From: an uncultured Phycisphaerales bacterium
Lineage (GTDB): Bacteria; Planctomycetota; Phycisphaerae; Phycisphaerales; SM1A02
DNA: 45,375 bases
Reading direction: 5' to 3'
Assembly: GCA_938084645.1 (NCBI GenBank)
Contig: CALKEP010000037.1
Location: 1 to 45,375 of the forward strand
The position numbers were made by a program, and so were the translations under genes. Below the pieces are notes generated by a model that was not told the DNA's origin, made no database searches, and was given only the letters and a program-made list of their open reading frames with translations. This document shows, piece after piece, positions 18,362-27,804 of the stretch (its first letter is position 1; each line of letters begins with the position of its first letter).

Positions 18362-18601
18362 TCAGCGGGTCGCGTCGAGCCGACGAGCCGTGGCGATCAG
18401 CGTTTCGGCATGGCAGGCGACACAGGGCCCGTATTCGGCGAGAAGCATGCTCCTCGCCGCCCGCAGGCTGTCCGCGGACGGCATCGGGCCGCTGTCCTCG
18501 GAGATCAGTCCGCTCGCGGTGACGTCACAGTCTCCGACGCGGGGTGGGGCATCGATCTCGATCGGGTTGGTCAGGATCTTCTTGCTGGTGCTGGAAGGCA
18601 T
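18362..18601 (-). CDS. Small hypothetical protein containing CxxCH
   Basis: Open frame with GC-rich third positions in an otherwise empty ~460-bp gap; start at 18601 or 18649. Confidence 0.5.
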   Translation of the reverse strand: MPSSTSKKILTNPIEIDAPPRVGDCDVTASGLISEDSGPMPSADSLRAARSMLLAEYGPCVACHAETLIATARRLDATR

Positions 18602-18693
18602 GTATGTACTGATCGGCAGGAACGTGGTCTTCACCCGCACACTTCTCATCTGGTTGGTGAAGGGGCAGGAGCGCCTTGGAATCAGTTCGGCGA

Positions 18694-19956
18694 TCAGTCA
18701 CCAAACGATTCATCGAGAACGTCGCAAAGACGATCGACTTCAGACACCGTGTTGTAGTGCACCGCGGAGATTCGGACCACTCCGAGGTCGACCGGAATAC
18801 CCATCCGCTGGCACAGGCGGTACGCGTACATGTGTCCGTGTCGGATACCAATGTTCGCGGAATGGGCGATTTCGACGATCCTGTCGGGTTCGAGGGATGC
18901 ATGGCGCATCGAAATCGTCGATACACGGATACGCGTGTCCGGTGAACTCGGTCCGATGATTTTCACGGAATCATGTCGTTCGAGCCGTTCGAGCAGCCTG
19001 GCCTGCACCGGTGCTTCCATCGCGGTCATGGTCTGGAACGCGGTTCGGACCATGTCGAAATCGCAGGTGTCCGCGATGTCGGCGGCGGGTTCCCGATCGC
19101 CGGCGAGGATCGCGAGGAGTCGGGCGAGGCCGCAGATTCCCGCGCAACCTTCGTGACTTGCGCCGCCGAGTTCGAACTTGTACGGGATCTCGTCCTTCGG
19201 GATGAAGAAGTGGTTGGGGCCTTCGAGTTCCGCCAACGCGTCGTGGCGGGCGAAGAGGCCTCCCATGTGTGGTCCGTACACCTTGTACGTGCTCCACGCG
19301 TAGAAGTCGACGTTCCAGGCCCGGACGTCGATGGCGCGGTGCGGCGCGTAGGCGACGCCGTCCACGATGACGCGGCCGCCGGCGGCATGGACCAGTCGGG
19401 TCACCGCTTCGACGTCGACGATCTCGCCGAGGAGATTCGAGACGTGGGGGAACGCGACGTACCGGGTTCGATCGGAAAGCACGCCGCGAAGCGTCTCGAG
19501 ATCAAGCGAGCCCGTCTCGGGGTCGACGTTCCACCATCGGATGACGGCGCCACGAGCTTCCAGTTCGAGCCAGCAACCGATGTTCGCCTCGTGCCCCTGC
19601 TCGCAGACCACGATTTCGTCGCCGGCCTCGATGGTCGGCGCGATGGCGTGCGACAGCACGTGCATCAGGCTCGTACAGCTCGAACCGAGAATGACCCGTC
19701 CGATCCCCTCGCCGTTGACGTAGCGATCGAGAAAGCGATGCGCACGCTCGACGGTGGCGGTGGCACGGTCGCTCGCGGGATAACCGGCCCCGAGCTGCAC
19801 GTAGTCCCGCAGCAGATGGTCGCGGATCGCGTCGGCGACGAACACCGGCACCTGCGATCCACCGGCGTTCTCCAGGAGCACGGTGTCCGTTTCAAGTCCG
19901 GGAAACAGGCGGCGAATCGAATCGACGTCGGGAATCGAGGGGGTGGTCGTGCTCAT
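18694..19956 (-). CDS. Class V PLP aminotransferase / cysteine desulfurase-like protein
   Basis: ENAGGSQVP, HEANI, VSNLLG, VDGVAYAPH and STYKVYGPH (PLP Lys) motifs; RHGHMYA lacks the SufS persulfide Cys. Confidence 0.9.
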   Translation of the reverse strand: MSTTTPSIPDVDSIRRLFPGLETDTVLLENAGGSQVPVFVADAIRDHLLRDYVQLGAGYPASDRATATVERAHRFLDRYVNGEGIGRVILGSSCTSLMHVLSHAIAPTIEAGDEIVVCEQGHEANIGCWLELEARGAVIRWWNVDPETGSLDLETLRGVLSDRTRYVAFPHVSNLLGEIVDVEAVTRLVHAAGGRVIVDGVAYAPHRAIDVRAWNVDFYAWSTYKVYGPHMGGLFARHDALAELEGPNHFFIPKDEIPYKFELGGASHEGCAGICGLARLLAILAGDREPAADIADTCDFDMVRTAFQTMTAMEAPVQARLLERLERHDSVKIIGPSSPDTRIRVSTISMRHASLEPDRIVEIAHSANIGIRHGHMYAYRLCQRMGIPVDLGVVRISAVHYNTVSEVDRLCDVLDESFGD

Positions 19957-20036
19957 GGAAGCGATCCATCGAAAGGGGGGCGGAAGCGACGAACGAGATC
20001 GGACGGTGGATCGCCACGGTAGCCACGGGATCGGAG

Positions 20037-21959
20037 TCAGTCGTCCCCGCCACCGAAGAGATCCCCGAGTCCCTTCCCGATCGCCTCGCCGATCCCCTCC
20101 TGCAACTCGTCGGGAAGCCGGATTCCGGTTTCCGTCTCGAGTCGATCGAGTCCCCGGTCGATCTGCTTGTCCGCCTCCTCCCGGGCGCGGGATGCGAGCG
20201 CTTCGGCTCCGGCGTCCCGCAGGGCGTCGGCGAGTCGCCGGTCGTCGATCATGATCGATGGATCTTCGAGTCGGCCGAGGACGTCGATCCGCACGGGAAG
20301 TTCGCGGATGGTGGCGGATTCGCCTCCGATGTGGATGGTCGCATCGCGAAGGACCACGTCGAGCGGTGCGATGATCCGGACTTCGGGCCGAAGGCGGAAG
20401 GCGCCGATGGTGCTCGCGTCGATGCTTCCCCCGGCGAAGGGAGGCGGGTCGGCGGCGACGAGTTGGTTGACGATGAGACCGGCCGGAAGATTCCGCACCG
20501 TGAACTCGAAGCGATTCTCGGTCGCGACCCTCGAGAGGCCTCCGAGCGAGACGTCGACGCGGAGGGATTCGTTTCGTGCGGCGAGTTCGAGGCGAGGCGG
20601 TTCGTCCACCAGCGTCGGCTGGGTGGAGAACGACGAGATGACGATGTCGAAGAGATCGCCGAAGGGGCCGTCCCCGGCGCGACGGACACCGGTCGCCTCG
20701 ATCTTCCGGACGAGCAGGGTCGGTGCGGTGTCGATGAGGTGCGTGGCACGGACGCCCGCGTATCCGAGCCGGTCGACTTCGCGCCGGAGCCATGCCTCGA
20801 GGGAATCCGTCGTTCCGGATTCGGTCGCGTCGGAATCCTCGGCGTCGGGCTCGTCGTCGCCGCCCGTGGATTCCGGGATTCGATCCGCGAGATCGTCGAT
20901 GACCCGGCTGATCTGCTCGAGCCGCTCCCGCCATACCTTCGCGGTCCGGAGATAGGACTCGAGATCGGTTCCCGCAGGCGGTGCCTCCTCCTCCGTCGCC
21001 GAGGAATCCTCCGTCTCATCCGCCTTCGCGGGATCCGAGTCCACGTGGAGCCGCCCGGGTGTGTCGCGGGCGACATCGCTGCGGGCATCCTCGACGCGAA
21101 CGAGATCGACGACGAGTCGCCGACGAAGCACGGCGCCGAGATCGAGGCCGGCGGCGAGCTCGCCTGCCTCGAGAAGGTTCCGGTCCAGGTCCGACGGATC
21201 GCACGCCGCGAGTCCGAGGATCCGGGTTCGTCCCTGAAGCCAGTCGATCTCCACGGCGCCGACCTCGACGGTGGCACCGTTCATCCGGGTGAGTTCCCGT
21301 TCGAGCATCCCACGCGCGAGATCACCGGAGGCGAGCCAGGCGGTGATCGCGAGAAGTCCGGCGAGCAGGACGACCACGACGACTCCGGTGATCCGGATCG
21401 GCGAACCACGACGATCGGCCATCGCGGAGAAACCGCCCTTCGGGATGCCTCCGAAGAGGATCCAGGCGGCGATCTTCGTGATTCGACGTTGCGCGAGGAA
21501 GGCGACGAGGTCGCTTTCCCCTTCGAGGCGCCCGAGCGTCCTGCGAATGTCGCGAACGAGGCGTCCGACGATCACGCCGATCAGCAGTCCCGAGACCGCC
21601 CCGACGGCGAGTCCGCCCGTGACCAGGTACGCGTCGAAGCCGAGCCAGGCGGTGATCGGACCATTGGCGAGCAGCCGCGCGATCGGCTGGGTGGGGCCGT
21701 CGATCAGGAATCGGCCCACCTCGAACACCAGTGGAGCGGCCGCGAGGGACACGATCTTGGTTCCGAAGGTCACCAGCCCCGCGAGGAAGATGTTCGCGTT
21801 CAGCACCAGCAGGAGGAAGACGAGGACGATCGACGCGGCCAGCCCCGGACCCGGCACGGGCAGGAACCCGAGCATCGAGCCGATCAGGCATGCGAGCAGG
21901 ATCTGCATCGGCGTGGCCACACCGAGCATCGTCTTGAAGAATCTGCGTATCGCGAGCAT
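20037..21959 (-). CDS. Membrane protein, TIGR03546-like N-terminus fused to TIGR03545/AsmA-like region
   Basis: ATPMQILLACLIGSMLGFLP and FEVGRFLIDG TM region, then MNGATVEVG..DPSDLDRNLL beta-rich region; SD ggagg. Confidence 0.7.
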   Translation of the reverse strand: MLAIRRFFKTMLGVATPMQILLACLIGSMLGFLPVPGPGLAASIVLVFLLLVLNANIFLAGLVTFGTKIVSLAAAPLVFEVGRFLIDGPTQPIARLLANGPITAWLGFDAYLVTGGLAVGAVSGLLIGVIVGRLVRDIRRTLGRLEGESDLVAFLAQRRITKIAAWILFGGIPKGGFSAMADRRGSPIRITGVVVVVLLAGLLAITAWLASGDLARGMLERELTRMNGATVEVGAVEIDWLQGRTRILGLAACDPSDLDRNLLEAGELAAGLDLGAVLRRRLVVDLVRVEDARSDVARDTPGRLHVDSDPAKADETEDSSATEEEAPPAGTDLESYLRTAKVWRERLEQISRVIDDLADRIPESTGGDDEPDAEDSDATESGTTDSLEAWLRREVDRLGYAGVRATHLIDTAPTLLVRKIEATGVRRAGDGPFGDLFDIVISSFSTQPTLVDEPPRLELAARNESLRVDVSLGGLSRVATENRFEFTVRNLPAGLIVNQLVAADPPPFAGGSIDASTIGAFRLRPEVRIIAPLDVVLRDATIHIGGESATIRELPVRIDVLGRLEDPSIMIDDRRLADALRDAGAEALASRAREEADKQIDRGLDRLETETGIRLPDELQEGIGEAIGKGLGDLFGGGDD

Positions 21960-22088
21960 GGGTGCCTCCGGAAGCCCCACGTTACCTCGCGGCCCCGCTC
22001 CCGTCCCGTTCCAGCACGGCGGCGCGGTACGCTCTAGCCCGAGCGGCATGGGGCCGTTTCCTTCGTCAGGCCGGCAGGAGCAATCGAC

Positions 22089-22736
22089 ATGCAAGGCATC
22101 CCGATCTTCACCCGCTTCGGAGCCCGTCTGGCCCCGCTCGCGATCTTCGCGGTGGCGGTGTTCTCAGGCGGCTGCGCGTCACAGGATCCTGCCGGCGTCC
22201 GGATCGCCGTGGATGCCACGGGGAAGGGCACGATGACCGTGGCCGCCCTGACCATGCCCGCGATCGCATCGATCGGTCCGAAGGCGTCCGAGGGGGTCGT
22301 TTGGACGGACGGGGTGCAGCTCACGATCACCGCTGGTGACTTCGATTCCCTCGGCGGCGTGTCGTACGAAGACCTGGTCTTCGACGCCGCGGATTTCGCC
22401 GCGGACGGCGGGACCGTCCGGGTCATGATTCCGCGTGGCGCCGACGCTCGCTGGTATCGCACGCTGCACGTCTCACCGGAGGCGCGGAAGGCGATGCAGA
22501 AGGCGCTCGATCGCGCAATCCAGAAGGTGGATCTGAATCAGAATCTGACCATCGCGATCGAGATCACCGGGGCCGCGGTCGCGGCGAGTCTGGTGCAGAC
22601 CGTCCCCGGTGTCAGTGTCACCGCGAAGCGTGGTGTCGCCACGGTCGTGATGCCGATGGATCTGCTCGAGAAGTCGGGACCACCGATGGTGCTGGCCATC
22701 AATTGGGAGCGTCCCGGCGCGACGGCGTCCCGCTGA
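22089..22736 (+). CDS. Putative lipoprotein
   Basis: SD aggag; lipobox-like FSGGC. Confidence 0.78.
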   Translation: MQGIPIFTRFGARLAPLAIFAVAVFSGGCASQDPAGVRIAVDATGKGTMTVAALTMPAIASIGPKASEGVVWTDGVQLTITAGDFDSLGGVSYEDLVFDAADFAADGGTVRVMIPRGADARWYRTLHVSPEARKAMQKALDRAIQKVDLNQNLTIAIEITGAAVAASLVQTVPGVSVTAKRGVATVVMPMDLLEKSGPPMVLAINWERPGATASR

Positions 22737-22800
22737 CGGTCACTCGATGATCACGACGCCGGTCGTCCATGCATGACGTCGTGGTCGGCGAGGCACGTGT

Positions 22801-25140
22801 TCATTTCGAGGCCGGGATCAACTCGATCGACGCCACGCCGGCACCCGGAAGCAAGGGTGCGGGATCGGCGTCCGCCCATGCATCGTGACGATCCGCGAAA
22901 TGTGGTGATCGCGGGTCGCCCGACTGTCCTCCAGGCAGCGTGAGGATCCCCTTCGATCGATCCGACGGGGACACGATCATCCGGGCGGAGGCGCCGAACG
23001 ATCCGCTCTGCACCCGGACGGCGCCCCAGTGTCCCGCCTGCGGGGTGGAGGGAAGATCGAAGCGATCGCCCACGAGTGGATTCAGTGCGCCGATCGGATT
23101 GGGGAACGTGCCGCGGTTGCGCTCCGACCAGGGCGTGTCCGGATCCTCGAGATGCGACTCGATCGCCTTGGTCGCGGCATCGCGAAGCACCTGATCCCAG
23201 GATTCGATGCCTTTCGGAAGAAGCGAGGGATACCGGCGTTCGAGGGTGGCGAGGCAGATGTTCTCTCCGATCGCGGAGGCCGCGGCGCGGCGTGCCGGCT
23301 CGTCGAGGTCGGGGGCCGACATCACGCGGTCGAAGATCGCGGTACGGGTTCGACGGATCGCCGCACGACGAAAGGCCTCGACGAGCGGGACCGCGAGGCT
23401 GTCGGCCGAAGCGCGGCCATCCCAGTCGCGGACGATCTCGAGCGTGGCGTCGCGGCCCGGCTCGGCGGCCATTGATTCCAGCGCCTGGATCAGCAGCCTT
23501 CGGAAGGGGACGAATCGTTGGATCGTCTCGTCGAGCTGGATCGCGAGTAGATCGAGTTCGGAGGCCGGATACGTGGAAGCCAGATCCTGCCTGATCCGCC
23601 ACGCCCGGCCGCCATCCGCCCAGTTGCTGCCGAGCTTCGCGGCGGCGTCGAGTGGAACGAGCCGATTGTTCGCGGTGAAGAGGAAACCTGACTCGGGATC
23701 GACCACCCGGGGACGATCGGCTTCGGGCAGCGGCCCGAACCAACCGGTGGTCGCATCGTGGATCATGGGGCTTCGCCCGTCGTAGCCACGGCGATCCGGC
23801 AGCCACCCGCTCAAGGTCCAGCCGATCCGGCCATGGCGATCGGCGATCAGGACGTTCTGCGAGGGGCCGTACCACCGCGCCGCGACGTCGAGTGCTGCAT
23901 CGACGTCGTCGACTTCGGTGAGGTCGACGAGCCCGAGGTTCACGGCGCCGGGCTGATCCGAGACTCGCAGCAGGCTCACCGGCCGGTCCGACCACGACGT
24001 GTCCTCGAGCACCGGGCCCCATCGCGTCCAGCGACTCTCCAGAACGACGGGATCGGCGCCGCGGACTTCGATCTCGACCGGGCGCACGTCGAACGCTTCC
24101 CATCCACCGGGCACCCGATACCGCCCGGGGTCGTCGGGATCGACGTCGATCAACACCAGATCCTCGAAGTCGCCGGTGGTGTTGGTGAGTCCCCAGGCGA
24201 CCGACTCGGTCGAGCCGATCGGAAATCCGGGGGTGCCGGGAAGGGTGATGCCCACGAGGTCGACGTCCGGCCAGGCCACCGCGGCGGGATACCAGATGCC
24301 CGGCGTCGAATACCGAAGGTGGGGATCGTTGGCGACGATCGCGCGTCCATCCGAGGTCAGTCGGCCGGCGACTGCGAAGCTGTTGGAGCCGGGGCGAAGG
24401 TCGGGGGTCGATGGATCCGCGAGCCACGCCTGCTCGACGCCGGGTGCGGCCGCTCCGGTGGCGGGTGGATCGGGGAGGGACTCCGAGTCCGTCGCGTCGA
24501 TGAGCAACGCGTCCCATCGTCCCTGCACGCTCAGGAGCCAGGCGGCGAGATCCGCGGGGACCGTCGCTCGGAGGAGTCCGACGTCCGGCTCGCGGTTCGC
24601 CGAACGTTGCAACGTGTCGAAGAGCGCGAGCATCACGAGCACGGAGTCCGATGGCCGCCACGGCTCCGGGCGAATGTTCAGCAGACGGTATTCCGCCGGG
24701 GGGGGATCGACCGAGTCGATGAATGCGTTGACCCCTTGCGTGTAGTGCTCGAGGAGGATCCGCTCGGAATCGGCGAGCTCCCCGACGATCCGTTCCGCGA
24801 CTGCGCGGCGGCGTTGGATGGTCGGCGTCCGGTCCGCCGCGACCATCGCGGGCCCCACCAGGGCCGCCAGTTCCCCGGCCATCTTTCGCCGCGTCAGGTC
24901 CATCTGGACGAGTCGATCCCGGGCATGCATGAATCCGAGGGCGGCGAAGGCGTCGTTCCGATCATCGGCCTCGATCGATGGCGCCCCAAGCGCGTCGAGG
25001 TCGATTCGAACGGTGTTCGAGAGTCCTTCGACGGGGACGGCGGAGGCGTCGGTCGTGTCGGATGGAGCGGAGCCGGGGGTGCCTCCATCGAGCGCCAGGG
25101 AGACGAGGAGCAGGGAGAGGCCGGCAAGCGTGATCGACAT
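22801..25140 (-). CDS. Penicillin acylase family (S45) Ntn-hydrolase
   Basis: LGFMHARDRLVQMDL, GSNSFAV (catalytic Ser), ANDPHL, TANN and PGGQSGDP.SPHF motifs; signal peptide. Confidence 0.93.
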   Translation of the reverse strand: MSITLAGLSLLLVSLALDGGTPGSAPSDTTDASAVPVEGLSNTVRIDLDALGAPSIEADDRNDAFAALGFMHARDRLVQMDLTRRKMAGELAALVGPAMVAADRTPTIQRRRAVAERIVGELADSERILLEHYTQGVNAFIDSVDPPPAEYRLLNIRPEPWRPSDSVLVMLALFDTLQRSANREPDVGLLRATVPADLAAWLLSVQGRWDALLIDATDSESLPDPPATGAAAPGVEQAWLADPSTPDLRPGSNSFAVAGRLTSDGRAIVANDPHLRYSTPGIWYPAAVAWPDVDLVGITLPGTPGFPIGSTESVAWGLTNTTGDFEDLVLIDVDPDDPGRYRVPGGWEAFDVRPVEIEVRGADPVVLESRWTRWGPVLEDTSWSDRPVSLLRVSDQPGAVNLGLVDLTEVDDVDAALDVAARWYGPSQNVLIADRHGRIGWTLSGWLPDRRGYDGRSPMIHDATTGWFGPLPEADRPRVVDPESGFLFTANNRLVPLDAAAKLGSNWADGGRAWRIRQDLASTYPASELDLLAIQLDETIQRFVPFRRLLIQALESMAAEPGRDATLEIVRDWDGRASADSLAVPLVEAFRRAAIRRTRTAIFDRVMSAPDLDEPARRAAASAIGENICLATLERRYPSLLPKGIESWDQVLRDAATKAIESHLEDPDTPWSERNRGTFPNPIGALNPLVGDRFDLPSTPQAGHWGAVRVQSGSFGASARMIVSPSDRSKGILTLPGGQSGDPRSPHFADRHDAWADADPAPLLPGAGVASIELIPASK

Positions 25141-25180
25141 GAAGATTGCCCTGAAGGGTTCGGCGAAGGTCGCGTCCGGC

Positions 25181-25190
25181 ACCGTAGCAT
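25181..25190. promoter_or_regulatory. Putative overlapping divergent -10 elements
   Basis: ACCGTAGCAT reads TACGGT on minus and TAGCAT on plus (6 nt before ATG 25197). Confidence 0.5.
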
Positions 25191-25196
25191 GTCGAC

Positions 25197-26855
25197 ATGA
25201 CATCGCCGCCTCTTCGTCGAAACCTGATCTTCATCGCCGGGCTGAGCGTCGCCGGTCTTCTCGCATTCGCCGGTGGCGGGTGCGGGGGTGAACCACCGGC
25301 CTCCTCCGATCCGCCTTCGCCCGTGGTGGATCAGGCACCGAAGGTCGCGGACCCCGTCGCCACCTCCGAGCCTGCCGAGGTCGGCGTCGCCGGTCCACCG
25401 GCTCCGACCGGCGCCGAGCCGAACCCGCTGCCCTCGCCGCGGTTGCTGATCACCGGCGCGACGATTCTCACGGACTTCGTTCGTGGCGAGGATGGTGGCT
25501 GGGAGGCGATGGCGCTCGACGAGTCCACGGTCGCGGTCCAGGACGGTGCCGTGGAGGGGATCTACGCGGCCAGCAACGTGGTGATGCGACCGAACGACGT
25601 GGTGGTGACCGGTCGTGGGCGATACGTGATGGTGGCGCCGCTGGTGAGGGGTGACGGAGATGGATCGGCCTGGCTCGAAGGCGGCCGCCTGGTCGACGCG
25701 GTCCTGGCTGGAATCGGCGGCATCATCCTGCCGGATGCGATCGTCGAGTCCCGAGGTGCGCGGTGCGTGACGGCCCGGACGCTTCGAAAGGAGATTCCCG
25801 CCGCGGAACTGATCGCCGCGACGAAGGGTGGCGAAGCCGACCGTCTGGTGGATCTGCCGACGGACGGACGCGTGCTGGACGCGTTCTCGAAGGTGCTCGC
25901 GAAGCGGATCGCGGATGGGGAGGGGAACATCGAACTGCTCGCCAACCTCACGCGCATTCCCGCGGAGGCCACGGGACGTCCGGAGCTCGGCACGATCGCG
26001 GTCGGAACCCGGCCGAAGCTTCTGGTGCTGGAGGCGAATCCGATCGAGAACCCGCAGGCGATCCTCGATCCCTTCGCGATGGTCATCGACGATCGAGCCG
26101 CTCGAAAGGCGGAGATTCTCGTGCTCCGTGAAGCGTCCGACCGGGCTCTGGGGGTCCGTGAGCAGGTCGCCGGGGAACGTCCGGAGGTCGAGTCGCCGGG
26201 CCCGCTCCGGTGGTGGTTGAACACGACGCAGGGCCAGGTGTTCGGTGGCGCCGTCGCATCCGTCGAGGGCGGTCGCCTCGACTACGTCGCGGTGAGCGGT
26301 CGACCCCGGTTCGATCGCGCCGTCGGCACGCTCCGGCTCGACCCCGCGGCGGGGGAGCCGAACATGGAACTCGACTATGCGGGGCCGCCGGAGTCGTTCC
26401 GCATCGCGACGACGCCGACCGCGGAGGGATTGGCGGTCGATCTTCGCATCGTGGACCGCGAGGCGATCGAGGCCACGTCGCCCGGACCCTCGCTTCCGCC
26501 GATCGTGGATCTCGCGGTCGATCTCGACCTGCATCGCGAACGCTTGATGGCGAGCGAGGGCGTGCTCGAGATCGATCTTCAGGAACTTCTCTACGGGAAC
26601 GGTCCGATCGGTCTCGGTCCGCGTCGATACCGGTTCACCCCGATCGAACCCGACGCGTGTCCGCCGTGCTTCGAAGGGTTCGAACGGGTGTGGTCGCTTG
26701 AGATTCTGGACACCGACGCGGTGCCGGTCTCGGTCGCCGGCACCGCGACGGTCGCGTTCCGGGCGGGACGTCCGGCCCGCATCCAGTTCATGACCGGCAT
26801 CGATCCGGTCTGGGTGGACGAATATCCGGCGGTGGATCGCGTCCCGCTCGACTGA
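25197..26855 (+). CDS. Putative lipoprotein with degenerate amidohydrolase-like domain
   Basis: AGGGC lipobox-like motif; Pro-rich linker; LITGATI...GRYV and PAEATG..LGTIAVG...LLVLEANP segments. Confidence 0.75.
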   Translation: MTSPPLRRNLIFIAGLSVAGLLAFAGGGCGGEPPASSDPPSPVVDQAPKVADPVATSEPAEVGVAGPPAPTGAEPNPLPSPRLLITGATILTDFVRGEDGGWEAMALDESTVAVQDGAVEGIYAASNVVMRPNDVVVTGRGRYVMVAPLVRGDGDGSAWLEGGRLVDAVLAGIGGIILPDAIVESRGARCVTARTLRKEIPAAELIAATKGGEADRLVDLPTDGRVLDAFSKVLAKRIADGEGNIELLANLTRIPAEATGRPELGTIAVGTRPKLLVLEANPIENPQAILDPFAMVIDDRAARKAEILVLREASDRALGVREQVAGERPEVESPGPLRWWLNTTQGQVFGGAVASVEGGRLDYVAVSGRPRFDRAVGTLRLDPAAGEPNMELDYAGPPESFRIATTPTAEGLAVDLRIVDREAIEATSPGPSLPPIVDLAVDLDLHRERLMASEGVLEIDLQELLYGNGPIGLGPRRYRFTPIEPDACPPCFEGFERVWSLEILDTDAVPVSVAGTATVAFRAGRPARIQFMTGIDPVWVDEYPAVDRVPLD

Positions 26856-26864
26856 CTCGACGGG

Positions 26865-27773
26865 TCAATCGGGTCGGGAACGGATTCCCGCGAGCAGGTC
26901 TTCGACGATCGCGGCGATCTCGTCCGGACGTTCGACCATGGTCGAATGGCCGGCCCGATCGATGGTGGTGAGATTCGCATGGGGGATGGCCGCCTGCCAG
27001 CAGGGTGCCGCGGAGGGATGGATGATCCGGTCGTCGCCGCCCCAGACGATCTCGGTCGGGCAGGTCACGGTGTGGAACCGGTCCGCGTTCCCCAGCATCA
27101 CCGTTTCGAGGTTTCGCAGGACGATCTCGTGATCTTCGGCTCGATGCGCCGCCTCCCGGGCGACGACGTGCTTCATCCATCGAGGCATCCAGGGAGCCTT
27201 GGTGAAGTTGAGTTCGTAGACGCGTTCGAAGTCCGCGCTCGACTCGATGCGAAGCAGGTGTTCGTCGTTCTTCGCCGCGGCGAAGACCTCCGTGTCGATC
27301 GGAGGCTCGATGCCTGCAGGCCCGATCACCACCAGTCCGGCCACGGCGTCGGGCCGCGACGCGGCGTAGCCGGCGGCGATCGCCCCGCCCATGCTCGATC
27401 CCACGAGCACGGGGGCGGGGAGGCCGAGGGTCGAGATGAGATCGTCGATCGAATCGAGGAGATGTGCGAAGTCGATCGACGCCGGTTCGTGTCGGGGGTG
27501 AAGGCCGAAGCCCGGGAGATCCGGGACGATCACCCGATTCCGCCGCACCAGTCGACGGCCGAGTTGCAGCATGGTGGTTCCATCCACGCCGAAGCCGTGC
27601 ACGAGCACCACCGGGGGGCCGACGTCCTCGGGGCCGCCTTCGAAGCGGGGCCACCCTCGATCCATGACGTGTCGGAGTCCCGCGAACCCCGCGGCATGAT
27701 GAATGAGCCGTCGAAGAAGCCGTCCACGCCTGGTGATCGGTTCGACGAACGGCGCGTTCGAGTCGGATCGCAT
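26865..27773 (-). CDS. Alpha/beta hydrolase (lipase/esterase-like)
   Basis: VLVHGFG, PDLPGFG, GSSMGG, WGGDDRII and GHSTMVERP motifs. Confidence 0.92.
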   Translation of the reverse strand: MRSDSNAPFVEPITRRGRLLRRLIHHAAGFAGLRHVMDRGWPRFEGGPEDVGPPVVLVHGFGVDGTTMLQLGRRLVRRNRVIVPDLPGFGLHPRHEPASIDFAHLLDSIDDLISTLGLPAPVLVGSSMGGAIAAGYAASRPDAVAGLVVIGPAGIEPPIDTEVFAAAKNDEHLLRIESSADFERVYELNFTKAPWMPRWMKHVVAREAAHRAEDHEIVLRNLETVMLGNADRFHTVTCPTEIVWGGDDRIIHPSAAPCWQAAIPHANLTTIDRAGHSTMVERPDEIAAIVEDLLAGIRSRPD

Positions 27774-27804
27774 GTTCGAGTTCCTCCGATGGTCGGGCCC
27801 GGGG

